DNA of 64,000 bases, taken from contig CM119266.1 in assembly GCA_051294375.1 (NCBI GenBank), forward strand, positions 4,168,931 to 4,232,930, read 5' to 3'. Of the stretch, positions 56,671-64,000 are shown piece after piece. Under the pieces are notes generated by a model. It had not been told where the DNA came from, ran no database searches, and worked only from the letters and a program-made list of their open reading frames with translations. Position 1 is the first letter of the stretch, and every line of letters starts with the position of its first letter. A program made the position numbers and the translations under genes. This DNA comes from Paraspadella gotoi. Lineage: Eukaryota; Animalia; Chaetognatha.

Positions 56671-57945
56671 TCACTTGGAATCGCGATCTCGAGGAAACGT
56701 GAATTTCTGCTTCATGAAATGTTGACTCTCAGACTCTCAGTCAGAGTCTCTTGTTTGTCGATGACTCGTGGCGAAGGATCTCGCGTTGGAATCAGGTGGT
56801 TGGAAGGGATGTTGCAATGGCTGGCGGGGACAGTTTTGGTTTAATGTTCAAAGTTTAACATCATTACGACTATATACTGCTATAATGTTGAGAAAAGATT
56901 ATCTATTCATTTTATAAATTAGCTAGATATTGCCTCCTGAGTCCTGACATTGAACGGGCCAAAGTAGGTTAAGCCCAAGGCTTAGTCGCAATATTTAACA
57001 AGTTAAGTTATCGTCCTCGTTATAATCTGATCAATAATTCATGTTTTTAATAAATTAATGATATCGCGAACGATTGACATTAGTCGAATTTTTTTTTTCG
57101 CGCAAGAAAAAAAATCGATAATTTGGATTCTATTCTTTTTTTGGGGGGGTTCTTACGAAGGAAAACGGATGAAATAATACGGGGAATTGAAAAGCGAGAA
57201 AATTAATCGAACGAAAAACGTTATTTTTTGTTTATATCCAATTGATATTAACTGAATAAGGAACAAAAGAAAAAAAGTAACAGATATTGGATTGATCATT
57301 TGTTTTTACAAGCCTCGTTTCATAGCTTGCGATTCCGCGTGAGGAAGTTTACGAAAGTGTCAGCTTACGTGCATGAAATTGTTATATAAGTTATATCACC
57401 TCTCTGAATTAGCTAAATAAAACAGCTTACTACGCATATTACATATACTAGTAAACATATACATAACATATACCCGTTTTTAAACGTGAGACACGTGAGA
57501 CACCGACCGACACAAAAGCTGCCAAAGAGGTGGAGCTTAAAACTCAAAACTCTTAATTTTTATCACTGGGTCCCCTTAAAACTCAAAACTCAAAACTCAA
57601 AACTCTTAATTTTAGTCTCGCAAATCGAAATCAGTTCATGAATTATGTCGCCCTTTTTCTTCAATTTAAGTTTCGTTATCCCGAAGATAAAAAAAAATGC
57701 TGCGTCTTTTGAAAATTGACGCAAAAACGAGTGAATGATTTAAGATCGACGCTTCGAGCAAGAATCAGTCTCAGTCACCGTCGTCGTTGTTGTTGTCGTC
57801 GTCGTCGTAAGAGTCACGGGTCGTTTCGAGATTTTTCGATGCGATATGAGCATCGAGCAGAAAACTTGATTTAAGAGCCTCGAGAATGGGATCGCGTCTC
57901 ACTCTCCCTCCCCTTTTCCCGTTAATTTTTCATATCTCTCTCTCT

Positions 57946-60900
57946 NNNNNNNNNNNNNNNNNNNNNNNNNTCTCTCTCATCTCATACTCTCTCTCTCTCC
58001 TCTGCTTCTCCTCTCTCTCTCTCTTCTCTCATCTCTCTCTCGTCTCTCTCTCTCTCCTCGTTCTCTCTCCTCTTAAGTTACAAAGTATACAAGTTACAAA
58101 TCTAATTACAGTCCTCCACAGAACAATAATCCTACCTTCTCTTTCTCCCCTTGTTTATCTGTTTTTCTCCAAAGAGAAAGTAACTTAATTCACTTGCCAT
58201 AACGTTAGTCGTATTCGATTTCTGCGCCCAATCAACATTCACGCTTCGGTGCCCTGTTTTTTTTTCTTATTTTCTTTTTTTCTTATTTATTTCCTATTTT
58301 CGGAATTCACAGTCGTCGCCTCTATTCTCTCTTTTTTTTTTTTTCTTTTTTCTTTTTTTTCCTTTATTTTATTTCCTTTTTCGGAAAATTGCGTCGGCCA
58401 TTCAGCTTCACGCTTTCGTCGTTTGAGAATCGCGTCACCGACGTCGATCTCGATTTCCAATCTCCGCCAATCAGAGCGCGACGCCTCGGGTTGACGTTAA
58501 CAAGGCGCCATCCATTCTTAACCATCGGGTGAAAAAAGAGAGGAGAGATAAGGTTAATCAATTTAAGGTTCCAACCAATGATGGGTTTTCAACTTCGGTT
58601 GAGGAAAAATAAAAAGAAATGGAAATAATCACATTACGTCTTATCTTTCTGATTCAGTTGTTCCATTTTTCTTTTCTTGATTGCTAACTTTCCTGCCTTT
58701 TTTTTTTTTTTAGTTCGTTTTTTTCTTTCTTTCTTGATTATTTTTATTTTTAAACTTATTTTTTATATTTTCAGTTTTTGTTTAGTCCACATTGTGACCG
58801 CGTCCCCGACGAGTCAAATTATCACCATGTTTTTAATATCANNNNNNNNNNNNNNNNNNNNNNNNNNNNNNNNNNNNNNNNNNNNNNNNNNNNNNNNNNN
58901 NNNNNNNNNNNNNNNNNNNNNNNNNNNNNNNNNNNNNNNNNNNNNNNNNNNNNNNNNNNNNNNNNNNNNNNNNNNNNNNNNNNNNNNNNNNNNNNNNNNN
59001 NCCCTGGGAACGAGTCCGGTCATGTCTCATGAGACGCTTCTTAAATGGGGCCCTCCACCCCGACCCTGGGAAAGGATGGGTCGATGGACAGAACTTCTTC
59101 CGGAGGAAATCGGAAACGAGGCTGACATTAGATTTTTAATTCTTTAACTTTTGGATAACTCTTGAATGTTATAACTTGTATCATTTAAATGATACAATAA
59201 ACTTTTGAATTTTAACTCCAGTATTGAAACTGTTTTCGTATCCGACTCATTTGCTAATGACCTCATTAGTTAACCCATTACTAATGACCTCATTAATTAA
59301 CTCATTAGTTACCCTTAATAGTCAGAAGATTCTCCGTTTATTTCAGCCACTCTCCTGTGGTTGAAATGTACAATGATTCTCAGAATATTGGCTACAATGT
59401 TTAATTGTAACCAATATCAAATTCCGGCTGAAGCGTGAATTACTTTTCAACGCGTAAACAAAGACTCGTCGATCGAGAAACTCGTACGACGACGATGACT
59501 CGCAATTGTTGCCTCGATGTCTATTGTTGCATCGAAGGCGCCCGAGAGGATTTCGTGTAACCTGTCGCCACTGCCGCTGCTGCTGCTGTCGCTGACGCCG
59601 ATACGGGAATACTGGCGCCAAAGGTGGATTACTAGATTAGTACTGGGTTAGTAGATTACTAGATTACTAGATTAGAACTACTCGTATATTAGTAGATTCA
59701 GGAAAGACAAACGAGTTCTTATCTTAGCTTATATTAGGTTTAATATTAAATACATCGTACAATGTGTGTTTTTTTGTTCAAATTTAAAATTTCTAGCGCC
59801 CNNNNNNNNNNNNNNNNNNNNNNNNNNNNNNNNNNNNNNNNNNNNNNNNNNNNNNNNNNNNNNNNNNNNNNNNNNNNNNNNNNNNNNNNNNNNNNNNNNN
59901 NNNNNNNNNNNNNNNNNNNNNNNNNNNNNNNNNNNNNNNNNNNNNNNNNNNNNNNNNNNNNNNNNNNNNNNNNNNNNNNNNNNNNNNNNNNNNNNNNNNN
60001 NNNNNNNNNNNNNNNNNNNNNNNNNNNNNNNNNNNNNNNNNNNNNNNNNNNNNNNNNNNNNNNNNNNNNNNNNNNNNNNNNNNNNNNNNNNNNNNNNNNN
60101 NNNNNNNNNNNNNNNNNNNNNNNNNNNNNNNNNNNNNNNNNNNNNNNNNNNNNNNNNNNNNNNNNNNNNNNNNNNNNNNNNNNNNNNNNNNNNNNNNNNN
60201 NNNNNNNNNNNNNNNNNNNNNNNNNNNNNNNNNNNNNNNNNNNNNNNNNNNNNNNNNNNNNNNNNNNNNNNNNNNNNNNNNNNNNNNNNNNNNNNNNNNN
60301 NNNNAGGAAGACGATGAATATTCGTGGGAGATTATATGCGGTGTCTCTGTCTCGCGATTGTCAATCTCGTACGTCAGTCTCGTGAAATGAAGGGAGGGAG
60401 AGTGAGTTACAGTCAGACAGAGAGAGAGTTAAAATTTCGAACGACATTCGTCAAAACAATAAAGTGAAAGAGAATCGAATCCCACAGGATTTATTCTCAA
60501 ACTCTTCGTTTCCAAAAATCATTTTCGTCTTTCATTTCGGTCGTCGTTCGTTGTTGCCAAAAAAAGTCTTGACGAGTCGTCATTGTCATCGTCGTCGTCA
60601 TCATCATCGTCGTCGTCTTCCCCATTGACGGAAACTCTTGCCAAAATTTGCCGAATTTCGTTTTGCGACTTCAACATTTATTTCTTACGCTCAGTTTCTT
60701 GACGTGACAAAGTCAAGAAGAAGCCGCTCATGGTTCTTGCCTTTTTATTATCTTATTCTTCGTCTCTGTCTCTATAAAGCTCATTTTATTTTAGTTGGTT
60801 CCTATAAAATCTCGAAATAAGTACAAAAATTTTGGAAATGTTTTCAAAATATATTCTATTATTCTTTCTTTGCTATTATATTTTAAGAGGGATGGAGGTC

Positions 60901-61065
60901 ATAAGCCATAACCCTCCAAAGTCAGAGGACAAAATTACTTATTCATTAAGAGAATACTATATATAAATTTATATTGGTTACAGAAGTTTCTTATTAGCTT
61001 TTTACTGAATATCATTTGGACCGACGGACCAACAGGCCAAAGCAACGAGCACTTCTCCTCTCTCC

Positions 61066-61129
<64 letters not shown>

Positions 61130-61539
61130 TGACTCCAGCGCGCGACTTTCGGTGCAATTACAGTATATACTAATCAGAGTCACATGAAATTAATACCTCC
61201 AAGATCCGAAAGAAATAGAGAACTAATCCCAGCCATAACAACTAACCCAACCACACATATAACAACAATCATTCATCATATACAACATGATTCTCTCNNN
61301 NNNNNNNNNNNNNNNNNNNNNNNNNNNNNNNNNNNNNNNNNNNNNNNNNNNNNNNNNNNNNNNNNNNNNNNNNNNNNNNNNNNNNNNNNNNNNNNNNNNN
61401 NNNNNNNNNNNNNNNNNNNNNNNNNNNNNNNNNNNNNNNNNNNNNNNNNNNNNNNNNNNNNNNNNNNNNNNNNNNNNNNNNNNNNNNNNNNNNNNNNNNN
61501 NNNNNNNNNNNNNNNNNNNNNNNNNNNNNNNNNNNNNNN
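57946..61539. other. Four assembly gaps (N runs at 57946-57970, 58842-59001, 59802-60304, 61298-61539)
   Basis: Literal N bases; two of the gaps abut (CT)/(GA) microsatellites. Confidence 0.99.
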
Positions 61540-62593
61540 GAGAGAGAGAGAGAACGCGATTCCGAACGTTATTCGTCGAAGTCTCATCTTCCTCCGATTT
61601 CTGATTGGTCGAGCCTCGAACGCTGATTGGACGAATCCGACTATCGACGATATAAGTTTGTTTTCTTTTCTTTTCTTTTTTGTTCTGACTTTCGGTGAAG
61701 AGAGAGAACTACCTGTGGCCCTTTTTTTATTGTTGCCAATTTTGGATTCGCAATGAATGGAATTGAGGGACAGATGGAGGAGGAAGAGGAAGAGAAATTG
61801 GCTATTGATACGAACATGAAAAATGAGACCAACTGTTGTAGATTTTGAACTCGTCGGTTGTTGCGTCAAACGCAAGGATCGATTACGAAACAACGACGAC
61901 GACGACGACAACGACGATGACGACTCCGAGGATGACACACAGAAACTAAAAACGGACAGCGATCTTTCGTGTTTGTAAGAATATCTTTAGAAAACCATTT
62001 GTTCTATTTTATTTAACTAAGCCCTGAGATTTATAACTATGACTATGTATTAAAAAAATCCAAAATAAACAAAATGCTGACAGATTTCCGAATATCATTT
62101 AAGTAAACAAGTCCTTTTATTAGATTAAAAATTGCCGAGTCACGTGCAGTTGGGAACGAGAGCGGGCAACGAGCGGGCAGACAGGCTCGCTGTCGATCGG
62201 GCAGGCGAACAAGAGGGTCACTGGGCGGACTGGCGGGCGAACGAGCAGGCGAACGGGCGGCCGGACGAGCGGCTGGACGAACGGCCGGACGCGCAGGCGT
62301 CGGGAAAGAGAGATGGAAGAAAAATCGATGCGAGATCTGGTTGTCGTTGGCGTCGAAAAAATTAGGACTGATTTTGACGAATTAGATATTAGGACTGAAT
62401 TAGACGGTTATGAAATTACTCTTGAGTTTATTAGTGCTGTCTTCAGATTTTTCATTTTTTTGGCCAATTTATCAATGTCATCACTAAAGCGCGTGCCTTT
62501 AAGTCTACGTCATCCCTAATCCTTAAATTTTCTTCTTCTTTTCTGTTTCCATTGCGAATCCGACCGCTTCCCTCTTTCCCTCCAGCGCGTCGA

Positions 62594-62780
62594 TGCCAGG
62601 ACGGCACGTGATTCTAACCTCCCCGTCTCGGAAACCAATCAGAAAGCTCGTTCAACTGTCGCTAGCCAATCAGAGCGTTCCTGCCAGGACGGCACGTGAT
62701 TCTAACCTCCCCCTCCTCGCCAGCCAATCAGAAGGCTCGGTCTTCCCAGTGTCAACCAATCGGAGCGAGTATCACGTGAC
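62594..62780 (+). promoter_or_regulatory. Promoter-like module: 88-bp tandem duplication giving four CCAAT boxes and three CACGTG E-boxes
   Basis: tgccaggacggcacgtgattctaacctcccc at 62594 and 62682; CCAAT at 62635, 62666, 62724, 62756; CACGTG at 62605, 62693, 62773. Confidence 0.6.
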
Positions 62781-62911
62781 GGAGGCTTCCCGGTGAACTC
62801 CTCATGCGAAATAGAGAGAAATAGAGAGAGAGAGTGGGAGAGAGAGGGAGTGTGTGCGCAGCTGCGAGATGCTGCACCAGTGAGTCGCTTTTCGCGGGCG
62901 ATACCCTGTTG

Positions 62912-62958
<47 letters not shown>

Positions 62959-63422
62959 TCTCTTCTTCTCTCTTCTCTTCTCTTCTCTTGTTGCATCTGA
63001 CAATAGATTTTTTCTGGGAGAAGGAAACATTTTTTCTTTTTCTGAATATAAATCTTCAAATTTTGCAATGAAAAATTAATCGCTTTTCTAATTTTTAAAA
63101 TCTCAACTTTATTAATAAACATTCGAGTTTTATACGTCTTCGTCAGGTGCCAATGCATCTGTTAGCCATCTCTCGCTGATGCACTCAGCCGTCATTGCAT
63201 CTGTAACCGTTCTTCGCTTCTGCACCTGAACGCCGTTTAACCTGACCCCTCGCGCCGTCTGTACGACCGCGGTGGGGCGGTGCCCCTTCGCCCCCGGGGG
63301 ATCACGGTCAGCCCGCACGGACCTGACTGAGGCAGAAGCCCGTCTGGCTGCGAGGGTCGGACCTGGCGGCGAAGCCCGAGGGGCAGGGATGACGAAAAGG
63401 CTTCAAGCCGTGATTATGAGAG

Positions 63423-63463
<41 letters not shown>

Positions 63464-63550
63464 GGGCCCTAATTATCTCGGCATCAATTATGAATTACAT
63501 CTAATTTTTGTTTCTGGGCGACGAATGAACTAATGAACTAATGAACTAAG

Positions 63551-63674
63551 GAACGATGAACGAACGATGAACGAACGATGAACGAACGATGAACGAACGA
63601 TGAGCGAACGATGAACGAACGATGAACGAACGATGAGCGAACGATGAACGAACGATGAACGAACGATGAACGAA
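63551..63674. repeat. 11-bp minisatellite (gaacgatgaac)n, ~11 copies, preceded by (atgaacta)3
   Basis: Direct inspection. Confidence 0.9.
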
Positions 63675-64000
63675 TGGCCAATTGATTATCTATTATTCAT
63701 TTATGCTTCTCAAATGAAATTAGTATAATTTTTTTTATGCAAGAGTATTTATTAAATTTTATTATTATTGTTTTGACTGAAATTGTAGTTATTCTTATTA
63801 TCACAAAACAATTTTATTCGTTTTGAGATATATATGCTTTCGGGTTGAAATTGGTAATGTTAATTTGTTATGGATCTTTATGTTAATATATATTTGCATT
63901 AAGTTTGTTATAAAGACTTTTTTCTATTGCAAAGAACAAACGGATAAATCCTTTTACTAAATCAATCGATGCCATTTGTATTTCTTTAAAAAAAGGAAAG

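Noticed and set aside
54675-56844. Long ORFs (390 aa, 415 aa and others) over the satellite; CRISPR-like periodicity
   Set aside because: The ORFs arise from a stop-poor pyrimidine strand. Units are head-to-tail without unique spacers, the context is eukaryotic and there are no cas genes.
58677-61938. ORFs containing X runs
   Set aside because: Artefacts of translating through N gaps.
63255-63390. SRP (7SL) RNA or HDV-like ribozyme
   Set aside because: Only loose similarity to the Alu-domain start and a GGCGAA motif; the SRP helix-8 motif and HDV P3/L3/P1.1 pattern are absent.

Overview
Eukaryotic (metazoan, probably invertebrate) genomic DNA with GC/CpG-rich exons, AT-rich introns, abundant (CT)n/(GA)n microsatellites and four N-gaps. 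Positions 1-48 kb hold a run of spliced genes, all on the + strand, reconstructed by hand from GT-AG sites with consistent phases. In order: the 3' end of an unknown gene, ASCC2, an SHB/SHF-family SH2 adaptor, CFDP1/BCNT, a ~1300-aa nuclear protein with two Brinker-type HTH repeats, INPP1, a divergent calmodulin-like gene and a 117-aa secreted protein. Positions 48-64 kb are essentially non-coding (CpG-rich islands, satellites, a CCAAT/E-box promoter). Main surprises: (1) a 9.4-kb intron of the HTH gene contains a same-strand 6.4-kb single exon encoding four beta-spectrin-type PH domains, phase-compatible with the same donor, so the locus may switch between a DNA-binding tail and a membrane-binding tail; (2) the small secreted protein looks like a stand-alone astacin/BMP1 pro-peptide (aspartate-switch motif) with no protease domain, a candidate trans-acting metalloprotease inhibitor; (3) ASCC2 intron 3 is a triple-nested inverted repeat carrying Penelope-type minimal hammerhead ribozymes; (4) co-oriented genes with apparently unpaired splice acceptors hint at operons or SL trans-splicing. 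All calls come from manual reading; no searches were run.
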